The notes: generated from the letters alone by a model not told the origin. A stretch of 64,000 nt of DNA from Eubacteriales bacterium (GCA_045632145.1 JAZQWB010000015.1:64643-128642); one strand, 5' to 3'. Shown: positions 16,581 through 26,495, counted from the first letter of the stretch. Translations and numbers: made by a program.

Positions 16581-19500
16581 TTAATTCTCCTTATGGATTT
16601 CCTGAATATAAGCCTTGTAGTAATCAAGCAAAATAGCCCTTGCCACACGTGAGGGCTCTGCCCCCTTAAATCTATAGGTCACGCTGTCACCCGAGGGGGA
16701 GAAGCGCATACCCTTGTAGCTCGAGAAAAGCTCCGACCAGAGTGCAAGGTCGGGTCTGCCTACCGTAATGATAAGCATATCACCGCGCGCCTCGGCCTTG
16801 GTAAAGCCAACCTGCTCGCAAATAGCCTTGCAAAGTGCAACCTCGATAAGTCGCTCCACGCATCTTGGCATATTGCCGTAGCGGTCGGTCATCTCATCGT
16901 AAACGTCATCTGCGTCGGCAGAGCAGCCGATGAGAGAAATCTTCTTATACATCTCCATTCTGCCTGCAGAGGTGGGGATATATTCCTCGGGAATATGTGC
17001 AGATATCTTCATATCTATCTGTGCCTCGGTCTTAGGACCGCGGGTCTCACCCTTTTCCTCAAGCACAGCCTCATTAAGCAGCTTTACGTACAAATCATAG
17101 CCCACAGCATCGATATATCCGTGCTGCTCTGCTCCAAGAAGATTACCTGCACCGCGTATCTCAAGGTCACAGAGTGCAATCTTAAAGCCTGCACCAAACT
17201 CGGCATACTCCTTGATGGCAGAAAGTCTCTTCTCGGCCACCTCGGTAAGTGCCTTGCCGGGACGGTAGGTAAAATACGCGTATGCCTGTCTCTCGCTTCT
17301 GCCTACTCGTCCACGAATCTGGTGAAGCTGGGAGAGGCCAAAGCGGTCGGCATTTTCAATAATAAGGGTGTTTGCGGTAGGCAAATCAATACCCGTCTCA
17401 ATAATAGTGGTACAAACGAGAATGTCGATTTCTCCGTTAAAGAGAAGTCGCCAGATGTCCTCCAGCTCATCCTTATCCATCTGTCCGTGTGCAATAGCAA
17501 CCCTGGCAGAGGGCATATCATGGGCAAGTCTTGCCGCCACAAGGTCTATAGTTTCAACTTTATTATAAAGGTACAAAACCTGACCTCCGCGGTCAAGCTC
17601 ACGGCGGATGGCATCGTAAATTATGCCGTCATCGTGCTCAAGCACGTAGGTCTGCACAGGACGTCTGTCCTCGGGTGCCTCGTCAAGCACCGAGATGTCA
17701 CTGATGCCATTCATAGCCATATTAAGCGTTCTGGGAATAGGAGTAGCCGTAAGGGTAAGCACGTCAACGTTCTTTGCAAGCTCCTTCAGCTTTTCCTTCT
17801 GTGCCACGCCAAACCTCTGCTCCTCATCTACGATGAGAAGTCCAAGATCGCGGAATTCCAGCTTTTTCGACAAAAGCTTGTGCGTACCGATCAATATGTC
17901 GGTCTCACCGCGCTTGACCTTACGGATAATCTCGGCCTGCTCCTTCGGCTTCTTAAATCGGGTAAGCATCTCCACAGTTACGGGATAGGAGCGCATACGG
18001 CTGAGAGCGGTCTGGTAATGCTGCATTGCAAGAATGGTGGTGGGCACCAAAATCGCAACCTGCTTGCCACCCATAATCGCCTTGAATGCGGCACGAAGAG
18101 CCACCTCGGTCTTGCCGAAGCCAACGTCACCGCAGAGAAGTCTGTTCATAGGCACAGGCTTCATCATATCGGCCTTTATCTCATTTATAGCCTGAATCTG
18201 CGATTCGGTCTCCTCATACTCAAAGGAGTCGGCAAACGCATACTCAAGGTCGCAATCCTCGGGGAATGGGAAGCCACCCATACGCTGACGGGCAGCATAG
18301 AGTGCGATAAGCTCCTTGGCAATATCCTTGGCAGCCGCCTTTGCCCTGTTTTTCGTGCGTTGCCATTCACCGCCACCCATTTTGGACAGCTTGACAGCAC
18401 CGTTTTTATCTCGCTCACCGATGTACTTGCCGATCATCTCGAGTCTGTCGCAGGGTACAAAGAGCTTGTCGGTGCCTGCATATTTTATGGTAATATAATC
18501 TCTGGTAATTCCGTCAACCCTTACGGTCTCAATGCCCTCGAAAAGACCGATACCGTAGTTTGCGTGAACAACGTAGTCACCTACAGAAAGCTCGGCGTGG
18601 CTCATAATTCTCTGGCTGCCGCCCGATTTTCTCAGGATACGCTGACGCTTGCGGTGCTGCATAACCGCCTTGCCTGTATCCTCCGCCATAGAGAGCACGG
18701 CAATCCTTTGGTTGATAAGCTCAAAGCCCTCGTGATGAGCCTCGGTGATAAAGATGCGACCGCCCTCTGCGTGGGCAAGGTCAAAATCACCCTCGGGAAG
18801 TCTGGTCGAGGCAATATCTGCCTCTGCAAGCGCATTGATAAGCGAGTCTGTGCCTGCTCTGTTTTCTGTCAAAAGAAGAATACGGCAGAGGCTGCGACGC
18901 AGACCGCGGATGTCCTCGAGCAGCATAGAGAAATTGCCGCCGTAATTGACGCATCTGCGTGCTCTGAAGCCAAAGAGACCTGCAAGTCTCATAGAGCCTA
19001 CACCGCCTGCAAAGCTGTTTACGTGTACGGTAGGAGAGGAGGATAATTTGCCCTTGTACTCGTCCTCTGTAAGCAGAAATTCAGAGTATTTATCCTCGAT
19101 TAATCCCTCTTTTTGTAAACTCTGCTTTTCATTTTCAATATAATTTATCTGTTTTTTAAGCTCCTCAAGGCAATTGTTTGTGCCAAGAGTAAAGCGGATA
19201 TACAGACCGTTTTTCTCAAGATAGGTAAAGAGATTTGACCCCTCGGGATAGATGATAGGAAGGTACTTGTCGCGGAAATCAACCGAGGAATCACCCTCCA
19301 GCACAGCCTTCTCACGAAGGAGTCTCGCCCTTGCATTCTCATCCTTTACGGAAGCCAAAAGTCTGTTGCAGGAGTCAAGCATTCTGCCCCTTGCCTCAGC
19401 CGAAACCATAACCTCGGTGGCAGGGAGAAGCTTTATGCCATCGCAGACCTCGGTGGCGCGCTGGGTGATAGGGTCAAAATAGGACATACGGTCGATTTCA

Positions 19501-20114
19501 TCACCAAAAAACTCTATTCTCACAGGTCGGTCGGACTCACCGCCAAAGAAGTCCACAATTCCACCTCTGCGTGAAAACTGTCCCGAGCTCTCAACCGTAT
19601 CCACACGTGCAAAGCCGAGGGTGACAAGAATCACCGAAAGCTCCTCGGGGGCAATGAAATCACCGATTTTTATATCTCTGGTAAGGGATGCAAGCATATC
19701 GGGAGAAAGGGTAAGCATAGATGCAGATGAGGGTGTGGAAACCACAACGTCCACCTCGCCCTTCATAACGATAGAAAGCACCGAAAGCCTCTCACGGTCA
19801 ACGTCGTGGGAGGCTCTGATATTATGAAACACAAGGTCGCGTCCCTTGTAGCCGACGGCATTAAGCCCTGCGGAGGAAAGATAATCGGTCAGCCTTTGCC
19901 TCTCGGCCTCGCTCTCCACCAAAAGAAGAACAGGCGCACCCGATAAATCCCTAGCCTCTCGCACAGCCTCGGCAACAAAGACGGATTCTGCTCCACCCGT
20001 CAGACCGTTAACCGCAATCGGCAATCGCTCGTCAGAGGAGTACACACCCCTCATACAGGACAGAAAAGCCTTGAACTCGACCTCGCTCCTGATTAAGCTT
20101 GTGATTTTTTGCAT
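16581..20114 (-). CDS. mfd: Transcription-repair coupling factor
   Basis: 1177 aa with Walker A 'GDVGFGKTEVA', 'DEEQRFG', a CarD-like domain and a TRCF C-terminal domain. Confidence 0.95.
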   Translation of the reverse strand: MQKITSLIRSEVEFKAFLSCMRGVYSSDERLPIAVNGLTGGAESVFVAEAVREARDLSGAPVLLLVESEAERQRLTDYLSSAGLNAVGYKGRDLVFHNIRASHDVDRERLSVLSIVMKGEVDVVVSTPSSASMLTLSPDMLASLTRDIKIGDFIAPEELSVILVTLGFARVDTVESSGQFSRRGGIVDFFGGESDRPVRIEFFGDEIDRMSYFDPITQRATEVCDGIKLLPATEVMVSAEARGRMLDSCNRLLASVKDENARARLLREKAVLEGDSSVDFRDKYLPIIYPEGSNLFTYLEKNGLYIRFTLGTNNCLEELKKQINYIENEKQSLQKEGLIEDKYSEFLLTEDEYKGKLSSSPTVHVNSFAGGVGSMRLAGLFGFRARRCVNYGGNFSMLLEDIRGLRRSLCRILLLTENRAGTDSLINALAEADIASTRLPEGDFDLAHAEGGRIFITEAHHEGFELINQRIAVLSMAEDTGKAVMQHRKRQRILRKSGGSQRIMSHAELSVGDYVVHANYGIGLFEGIETVRVDGITRDYITIKYAGTDKLFVPCDRLEMIGKYIGERDKNGAVKLSKMGGGEWQRTKNRAKAAAKDIAKELIALYAARQRMGGFPFPEDCDLEYAFADSFEYEETESQIQAINEIKADMMKPVPMNRLLCGDVGFGKTEVALRAAFKAIMGGKQVAILVPTTILAMQHYQTALSRMRSYPVTVEMLTRFKKPKEQAEIIRKVKRGETDILIGTHKLLSKKLEFRDLGLLIVDEEQRFGVAQKEKLKELAKNVDVLTLTATPIPRTLNMAMNGISDISVLDEAPEDRRPVQTYVLEHDDGIIYDAIRRELDRGGQVLYLYNKVETIDLVAARLAHDMPSARVAIAHGQMDKDELEDIWRLLFNGEIDILVCTTIIETGIDLPTANTLIIENADRFGLSQLHQIRGRVGRSERQAYAYFTYRPGKALTEVAEKRLSAIKEYAEFGAGFKIALCDLEIRGAGNLLGAEQHGYIDAVGYDLYVKLLNEAVLEEKGETRGPKTEAQIDMKISAHIPEEYIPTSAGRMEMYKKISLIGCSADADDVYDEMTDRYGNMPRCVERLIEVALCKAICEQVGFTKAEARGDMLIITVGRPDLALWSELFSSYKGMRFSPSGDSVTYRFKGAEPSRVARAILLDYYKAYIQEIHKEN

Positions 20115-20153
20115 ATTTTGTTCCGTTTCGAATATTAGATTTCGAATTACGAA

Positions 20154-20780
20154 TTATTTTGAAAATCTCGCCATCGCACCGTCGATGTCACCCTTAACGA
20201 TAAGCTCGGATGCGGTAGCAATATCATCAAATCTGTTTTTCAGAGCCTTGATGTCGCACTCGGGCATTTTGCCAAGCACCCAATCAGCAAGGTCGTACTC
20301 GGGATTAGGCTTCTTGCCAATACCGATCTTAATTCTGGGGAAATCCTCACCGGGCAGTCTTGCAATAATGCTCTTAAGTCCGTTGTGTCCACCTGCACTA
20401 CCCTTACGGCGAATGCGGATAACACCTGCATCAAAGCTGATTTCATCGTGGAGCACAAGCACGCACTCGGGAGGAATCTTATAAAACGCGGCAGCCTCAC
20501 CCACAGCCACACCCGAATTATTCATAAGTGTGGAGGGCTTCATAAGAAGCACACGCTTGCCACCGATGTTACACTCACCTACGGTGGAGTGGAACTTTAC
20601 ACGGTCAATTTTTGCACCGTACTTCTCCGCAATATAGTCTATGGCAAGGAAGCCTGCGTTATGTCTGGTAAGCTCATACTGCTTACCGATATTACCAAGT
20701 CCAACTATAATAAAGCTGACAGGCTCCGAGCTCACAGAGCTGCGCTCTATCTTCTTAAATAAATCAAAAATATCACTCAT
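20154..20780 (-). CDS. pth: Peptidyl-tRNA hydrolase
   Basis: 'IIVGLGNIGKQYELTRHNAGF' and 'HDEISFDAGVIRIRRKGSAGGHNGLKS'. Confidence 0.95.
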   Translation of the reverse strand: MSDIFDLFKKIERSSVSSEPVSFIIVGLGNIGKQYELTRHNAGFLAIDYIAEKYGAKIDRVKFHSTVGECNIGGKRVLLMKPSTLMNNSGVAVGEAAAFYKIPPECVLVLHDEISFDAGVIRIRRKGSAGGHNGLKSIIARLPGEDFPRIKIGIGKKPNPEYDLADWVLGKMPECDIKALKNRFDDIATASELIVKGDIDGAMARFSK

Positions 20781-21405
20781 CGTCCATCTCTCTCAGCAAA
20801 ATAAGCTCCTTGGCGTAAGGCAACTTCTCTATCTCGGCGCAAAGAATCTTCCACTCGTCAAGCTTGTGATAACGGCGCGCGCGATAAATGTTGATAAGCA
20901 CCTCGTAGTTAAGTGTAACCGTGCGAAGCTGATTATATGACGTGGGAAGAAGCTGAATCATATTGTGCCAATGTGCCTTATCCTTGGTCTCGATAAAGGC
21001 AAGACGCTCCTGCTCCATAAAGGAGATAATACCGTCAAGCACAGAAAGAGCTCCCTCGCTCATCTTCTCGCAGGAGAAATCACTGCGGGTAAACTCCTTG
21101 GCCTGAATCTTATGCATAGTGGAGCAGGAGTTGGCAACGGTGCCCACCTTATAGGTGTCAAACTCCTTCCACCAATAGAGAGGTGCGCAGATGTCCATAG
21201 ATACAATAACCTGACGCAGATATTTTCTGTGGTCGCTACCTGCCTTGACAAGTCGAGCGGCAAGGCTAAGGTCGTTTTCACCAAGGACAAAGTTGCCCTC
21301 CTCATCATAATAAGAATCCATACGCGCCCAGCTATTCATGGGATTTCTCGCACCGCGAATGGCATTCTCCATATTCATAACCGTGATTTTATCTACTGTT
21401 AACAC
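20773..21405 (-). CDS. ThyX (Thy1) fold protein lacking the canonical catalytic motif
   Basis: It aligns by eye with Thermotoga ThyX across the whole length. 'ICAPLYWWKEFDTYKVGTVANSCSTMH' corresponds to '[26 protein letters not shown]'. A GTG start at 21405 has GAGGTG 6 nt upstream; the ORF-track start is the GTG at 21414. It overlaps pth by 8 nt. Confidence 0.6.
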   Translation of the reverse strand: MLTVDKITVMNMENAIRGARNPMNSWARMDSYYDEEGNFVLGENDLSLAARLVKAGSDHRKYLRQVIVSMDICAPLYWWKEFDTYKVGTVANSCSTMHKIQAKEFTRSDFSCEKMSEGALSVLDGIISFMEQERLAFIETKDKAHWHNMIQLLPTSYNQLRTVTLNYEVLINIYRARRYHKLDEWKILCAEIEKLPYAKELILLREMDDE

Positions 21406-21646
21406 AACTAACACCTCAGAATTTTTGTTAAGGTATATTATATCATATATAAATATTTATGTCAAGAAGAGATGCCCTGTTTTTTCTTTTTTCTCTGTTT
21501 TTAAGGGGAAAAGCTTTACAAGAAAACAGATTTTGTTAATTTTTTAAAAAATCTATTTATTTTTTTATTTAAGTATGCTATAATATAGTAATTAAAATGT
21601 GAAAGTATGCCGTTTTTACGGTTTACATACAAGAAAGGTTATTATT

Positions 21647-22729
21647 ATGAGCAAGAAAAATAAAGAAAACTCCTGCCCCTTTTCCGACAGACTGGGTAAG
21701 GTAGGCGGCCAGGCCGTTATGGAGGGAGTTATGATGAAAGCGGGTAGCCGTATGGTTACCACCTGTCGCAAGGCTGACGGAAGTCTTGTGGTTAACGACG
21801 ATAAATTTGTTTCTGCAAGAGAGAAGCACAAGATTCTCGACCTCCCCCTCGTGCGTGGTGTTGTCAGCTTTGCAGAATCTATGATTATGAGCTTTAAGAC
21901 CCTCGGTGCATCTGCTGATGCCCTCGGCCTCGAGGAAGAGGAGCCCTCCAAGTTTGAGAAGTGGTTGGCTGAGAAGTGCGGCGCAAAGATTACCGACGTG
22001 GTTATGGTTGTTGCCCTTCTGCTCGGTCTCGGCCTCTCGGCTCTGCTCTTCGTATTCCTCCCCATCTGGATTACCGCAGGAATCAATCTTCTGCTGGAGC
22101 TTTTGTCCTTTAACAAAATGCCCGACACCGTCACCGCTATTGTTGAGGGCTTTGTAAAGATGGGCATCTTCGTCGGTTATCTTTCTGCCGTTTCGCTTAT
22201 GCCCGACATCAAGCGTACGTTTATGTATCACGGTGCAGAGCACAAGTCTATCGCCTGCTTTGAGGCAGGTGAGGAGCTGACCCCCGAGAATGCGAGAAAG
22301 CACACACGCTTCCATCCCAGATGCGGCACCAGCTTTATGTTCTTTATGATTCTTCTCGGCATCTTTGCAGGTCTTATCATCAAGACACTCATCCCCGGTC
22401 TTGACACCCTGCTCTATACTCTTATCAGACTTCTTATCCTTCCCGTTCTTATGGGTCTCGGATATGAATTTATCCGCTTCGCAGGTAAGCACCCCAACTG
22501 GTTTACACGTCTGCTCTCCGCGCCCGGCATCTGGATGCAGAGAATAACCACCAAGGAGCCCACCGACGATATGCTCGAGTGTGCTATCATCTCCCTCAAG
22601 TGCTCTCTTCGCGACGATTATCCCGAATTCCGCGAATTTTATGAGAACAGAGGCTGGGAGCCCAAGGCAGAGGAGTGCGAAAGCGACGTACAGGAAGAGC
22701 CTGTGCTGACAGAAGAAAATGACGCTTGA
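21647..22729 (+). CDS. DUF1385 family membrane protein (prmC-associated)
   Basis: 'GGQAVMEGVMMK...' and 'YHGAEHKSIACFE', with multiple TM segments. I set the start at MSKKNK. Confidence 0.8.
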   Translation: MSKKNKENSCPFSDRLGKVGGQAVMEGVMMKAGSRMVTTCRKADGSLVVNDDKFVSAREKHKILDLPLVRGVVSFAESMIMSFKTLGASADALGLEEEEPSKFEKWLAEKCGAKITDVVMVVALLLGLGLSALLFVFLPIWITAGINLLLELLSFNKMPDTVTAIVEGFVKMGIFVGYLSAVSLMPDIKRTFMYHGAEHKSIACFEAGEELTPENARKHTRFHPRCGTSFMFFMILLGIFAGLIIKTLIPGLDTLLYTLIRLLILPVLMGLGYEFIRFAGKHPNWFTRLLSAPGIWMQRITTKEPTDDMLECAIISLKCSLRDDYPEFREFYENRGWEPKAEECESDVQEEPVLTEENDA

Positions 22730-23534
22730 GCAGGCTATACAGATATTAAGCGAGGCGGGTGTTGACTCACCGAGCTATGATGCGGAGGAGCTATTCTGCC
22801 ATTTCGGTGGATACTCAAGAAGCACCCTTTATCTGATGCACAGAGTGGAAAGCGATGACCCAAGGCTGCTCGAGGCAATAGACCGCAGAGCAAAGCGCGA
22901 GCCGCTTCAGTACATCATCGGCGAGGTGGGCTTCTACCGTGAGACCTACAGGGTTACCCCCGACTGTCTCATTCCCCGCTCCGACACAGAGACTCTGGTC
23001 GATTATGCCGTAAGGCATATTCCCGAGGGTGCACGCTTTATGGACCTGTGCACAGGTAGTGGCTGTGTGGCAATTTCCACCCTTTGCAACACCAAGAATA
23101 CCACCGCGGTTGCCGTTGATATTTCGGAGGGTGCGCTTAAGGTTGCCACCGAGAATGCCGAGGCAAACGGTGTCGGCAATCGCATCGACCTAAGACGCGC
23201 CGACCTTATGAACGAGGTTATTGAGGAGCAGGTTTTTGCTGTGCTTTCCAATCCTCCCTACGTGACCGACAGAGCTTACGCCTCTCTTGAAAGAGAGATT
23301 TACCACGAGCCCAAGGCGGCCTTCGTCGGTGGAGCTGACGGACTGGAATTTTACGAAAGATTTACCCCTATATACAAAAACTACATTGCCGATGACGGCT
23401 TTATCGCATACGAGATAGGCTACGATCAGGCAGATATGCTTCGTGCAATTGCAGAAAAATGCTCTATGACCTGCGAGATTCTGAGGGATCTGTCAGGCAA
23501 TGACAGAGTGGCGGTGCTGAAGATTAGAAATTAA
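22719..23534 (+). CDS. prmC: Release factor N5-glutamine methyltransferase
   Basis: 'EPLQYIIGEVGFY', SAM motif 'DLCTGSGCVAI' and 'NPPY'. Confidence 0.9.
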   Translation: MTLEQAIQILSEAGVDSPSYDAEELFCHFGGYSRSTLYLMHRVESDDPRLLEAIDRRAKREPLQYIIGEVGFYRETYRVTPDCLIPRSDTETLVDYAVRHIPEGARFMDLCTGSGCVAISTLCNTKNTTAVAVDISEGALKVATENAEANGVGNRIDLRRADLMNEVIEEQVFAVLSNPPYVTDRAYASLEREIYHEPKAAFVGGADGLEFYERFTPIYKNYIADDGFIAYEIGYDQADMLRAIAEKCSMTCEILRDLSGNDRVAVLKIRN

Positions 23535-23574
23535 TTCTCCGCTTTGCATATACTACCGACGGAGGTATGTGCAA

Positions 23575-24546
23575 ATGACCAATGTTATGCTTATTTACGG
23601 CGGACGGGGTCTGGAGAGCGACGTTTCTGTTTCCTCTGCCAACCACCTTTTGCCAAGGATGCAAGAAATCTATAACACCCTGCCTGTTTTCATTGACAAG
23701 GAGGGGCGGTGGCTTAGCGAGGGCAGACAGCTTTTGCTCTGCCATGGCGGTATTCTTATTGACGGAGAATTTACCAAAATTAACTGTGCTCTTCCCCTGC
23801 TCCACGGAGATTTCGGTGAGGACGGACGGGTGCAGGGAGCTCTCGACTGTGCGTCTATCCCATACGTGGGATGCGATAGCGCGGTGGGGGCAATATGTCG
23901 CAACAAATTTATTGTAAAGGCTGTAGCTGACAGCCTGTCCATACCGACCCTTCCCTGCGTGCTTGCGGTAAGGGGCGAGGATTTCCCCAAAATTGCCACA
24001 GAGTGCGAGGGTAAAATAGGCTATCCCCTGTTTTTGAAGCCCACCTCTCTCGGCAGCTCGGTGGGTGCATCCGAGGTGCATAACAAAGACGAGCTAAGGT
24101 CGGCACTTGACAATGCATTCAGCCTTACCGACAGAGTGATTATCGAGCCACTCGTAGAGCAAAAAAGAGAGCTCGAATGCGGATATTTGCAGATAAAAGG
24201 CAAAGAGTTGTTTACAAAATGCGGAGAAATACTCTGCGAAGGCTTTTACGATTACCAAGGAAAGTACGGTCAAAGCCACATAAATACCTCTACCGTAGCA
24301 GATCTCCTCGAGGATGTACAGGATAAAATCCGAGAGTATTCAAGGAGGCTTGTACGCGCGCTGGGTGTTACGGGTATTGCCCGAATAGACTACTTCCTGT
24401 CGGGTGACAGGATATACTTCAACGAGATAAACACTATGCCCGGTATGACCGAGACCAGCCTTTACCCCAAAATGATAGAGGCCTCGGGAATAACCCTCGA
24501 GCTGATGATACGCGGACTGATAGAGTCTACGCTCGACGGTCGGTGA
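23575..24546 (+). CDS. ddl: D-alanine--D-alanine ligase
   Basis: 'LIYGGRGLESDVSVSS', 'LHGDFGEDGRVQG', 'GYPLFLKPTSLGSSVG' and 'EINTMPGMT'. GGAGG lies 9 nt upstream of the ATG at 23575. Confidence 0.9.
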   Translation: MTNVMLIYGGRGLESDVSVSSANHLLPRMQEIYNTLPVFIDKEGRWLSEGRQLLLCHGGILIDGEFTKINCALPLLHGDFGEDGRVQGALDCASIPYVGCDSAVGAICRNKFIVKAVADSLSIPTLPCVLAVRGEDFPKIATECEGKIGYPLFLKPTSLGSSVGASEVHNKDELRSALDNAFSLTDRVIIEPLVEQKRELECGYLQIKGKELFTKCGEILCEGFYDYQGKYGQSHINTSTVADLLEDVQDKIREYSRRLVRALGVTGIARIDYFLSGDRIYFNEINTMPGMTETSLYPKMIEASGITLELMIRGLIESTLDGR

Positions 24547-25217
24547 TAGGGGTATTTGACAGCGGTGTCGGGGGCTTCTGTGCCCTTCGTGAATTACAGA
24601 GGCTTCTGCCGAGCGAGGATATTGTTTACCTTGCGGACAGAAAAAACGCACCCTACGGCACAAAGAGTCAAGAAGAGATAATCGCCCTGACACAGGCGGA
24701 TATAAAAAGACTTCGGGATTATCAGGTAAATAAAATCCTCATAGCCTGCTGCACCGCCTCATCGGTGCACGAATTTCTCGACAAAGAGGAAAGGGAGATA
24801 TCACTCCCCATAATAAGACCTGCGGCACAAATGGCTGCTGAGGGCAGAAGAATAGCCGTCATTGCTACCGAAAGAACGGTCAGCTCGGCTGTATTCAGCA
24901 GGGAAATATCAAAAATATCGGATGCCAAGGTTGTGGAATTCCCGACGCAGAGACTGGTGACTCTTGTAGAGGGAGGATGTCGCGACGGCAGGATAAATAC
25001 CGAGTGCGAGCGCGAGCTTTGTCGCATCGCAGAATTGACAGCAGATGCCGAGGCGGACACACTTATACTCGGCTGCACCCACTTCTCTCATCTTGAGGGT
25101 GAGCTACAAAAGAGGTGCAACGTCAAAACCGTCAGCCCTGCAAGAGAGGGGGCGGCGGCACTTACAAGGATTATTAAAAAAAGCCACGGAGAAGGTGGCA
25201 GGATTATATACATTTAA
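24543..25217 (+). CDS. murI: Glutamate racemase
   Basis: 'GVFDSGVGG...YLADRKNAPYG', 'IACCTAS' and 'LGCTHF'. The GTG start overlaps the ddl stop. Confidence 0.9.
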   Translation: MIGVFDSGVGGFCALRELQRLLPSEDIVYLADRKNAPYGTKSQEEIIALTQADIKRLRDYQVNKILIACCTASSVHEFLDKEEREISLPIIRPAAQMAAEGRRIAVIATERTVSSAVFSREISKISDAKVVEFPTQRLVTLVEGGCRDGRINTECERELCRIAELTADAEADTLILGCTHFSHLEGELQKRCNVKTVSPAREGAAALTRIIKKSHGEGGRIIYI

Positions 25218-25255
25218 TTCGAATTTAGATTTCGAAGCTAGGAGGAAAAAAGAAA

Positions 25256-25618
25256 ATGGCAAGCTATAGAAGAGGAAGAATAAATGACGCGGTAACACAG
25301 GAGCTGGCAATCGCACTCCGCGAGGTGCGTGAGCCTAAGGTTATCGACAATTTCGTGAGCATTACAAGAGCGGACGTTGCACCCGACTTAAGAAATGCAA
25401 CCGTGTACTTCTCCTGTATGGGTGACTCCAAGGAGGCACTCGAGGGACTCAAGAAGTGCACAGGCATTCTCCGTCATCACCTGGCGATTACTCTCAACCT
25501 GAGAATTACTCCCGAGCTCAGATTTATCAAGGACGGCTCTATTGAGCACGGTGCAAAGATCGCAAAGCTGCTCGAGCAGACCAAAACCGAGAAAAAAGAA
25601 GAAAACGAGGACAACTAA
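25256..25618 (+). CDS. rbfA: Ribosome-binding factor A
   Basis: 120 aa. 'RINDAVTQELAIALREVREPK' and 'LRITPELRFIKD'. RBS AGGAGG. Confidence 0.9.
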   Translation: MASYRRGRINDAVTQELAIALREVREPKVIDNFVSITRADVAPDLRNATVYFSCMGDSKEALEGLKKCTGILRHHLAITLNLRITPELRFIKDGSIEHGAKIAKLLEQTKTEKKEENEDN

Positions 25619-25619
25619 A

Positions 25620-26495
25620 ATGAAAAAGATTACAAAGGCAATTATTCCCGCGGCAGGTCTGGGCACCAGAATGCTCCCTATTTCCGCAGCAGTATGCAAG
25701 GAGATGCTTCCTATCGTTGACCTCCCTGCTATATATCATCTCGTTGAGGAGGCGGTTGCCAGCGGCATTACCGATATTCTCATTATCACCAACCGCGGCA
25801 AGGAGATTATGGAAAGCTTCTTCGACCTTTCTCCCGAGTACGAGAAGGCTCTCGCAGCCAAGGGCAGACAGGCAGAAATCGACAAGCTTCGCGCTATCGC
25901 AAATATGGCAAACATCTATTTCCTTCGTCAGAAGGAGACCAAGGGTCTTGGCCACGCAGTAGGCAGAGCAAGACAGTTCGTTGGTGACGAGCCCTTCGTG
26001 GTGCTTTACGGCGATGACGTTATCTTCTCCAAGACCCCCGTATGTCAGCAGCTCATCGACGTTTACGAGCAGCACGGCAAGGCGGTTGTGGGTGTAAAGC
26101 CCGTTGACCCTGCCCTTCTCTCCAAGTATTGCTCTCTCAAGGTAGAGCCCACCGATACCGAGGGTGTTACCTATTGCACAGATATGATCGAAAAGCCTAA
26201 GAAGGGTGAGGAATTCTCCAACCTTTCTATCCTCGGCCGCGTTCTTCTCACCCCCGATGTGTTTGATATTATCGACAACCTTGAGCCCGGTGCAGGCGGA
26301 GAATATCAGCTCACCGATGCAATGAAGAAGATGGCACAGACAGATGGCGTTTACGCGCTTGAGTTTGAGGGCGACAGATATGACCTTGGCTCTAAGTTTG
26401 GTCTGCTTAAGGCCAACATCGTTAAGGGTCTCTCTCATCCCGAGACAGCCGACGAGCTTAAGGAATTTATCAAGGAAATCGCGAAGGAAATATAA
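25620..26495 (+). CDS. galU: UTP--glucose-1-phosphate uridylyltransferase
   Basis: 'KAIIPAAGLGTRMLP', 'QKETKGLGHAV' and 'EKP'. The ATG at 25620 is 1 nt after the rbfA stop, so the ORF-track start at 25542 is too early. Confidence 0.9.
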   Translation: MKKITKAIIPAAGLGTRMLPISAAVCKEMLPIVDLPAIYHLVEEAVASGITDILIITNRGKEIMESFFDLSPEYEKALAAKGRQAEIDKLRAIANMANIYFLRQKETKGLGHAVGRARQFVGDEPFVVLYGDDVIFSKTPVCQQLIDVYEQHGKAVVGVKPVDPALLSKYCSLKVEPTDTEGVTYCTDMIEKPKKGEEFSNLSILGRVLLTPDVFDIIDNLEPGAGGEYQLTDAMKKMAQTDGVYALEFEGDRYDLGSKFGLLKANIVKGLSHPETADELKEFIKEIAKEI

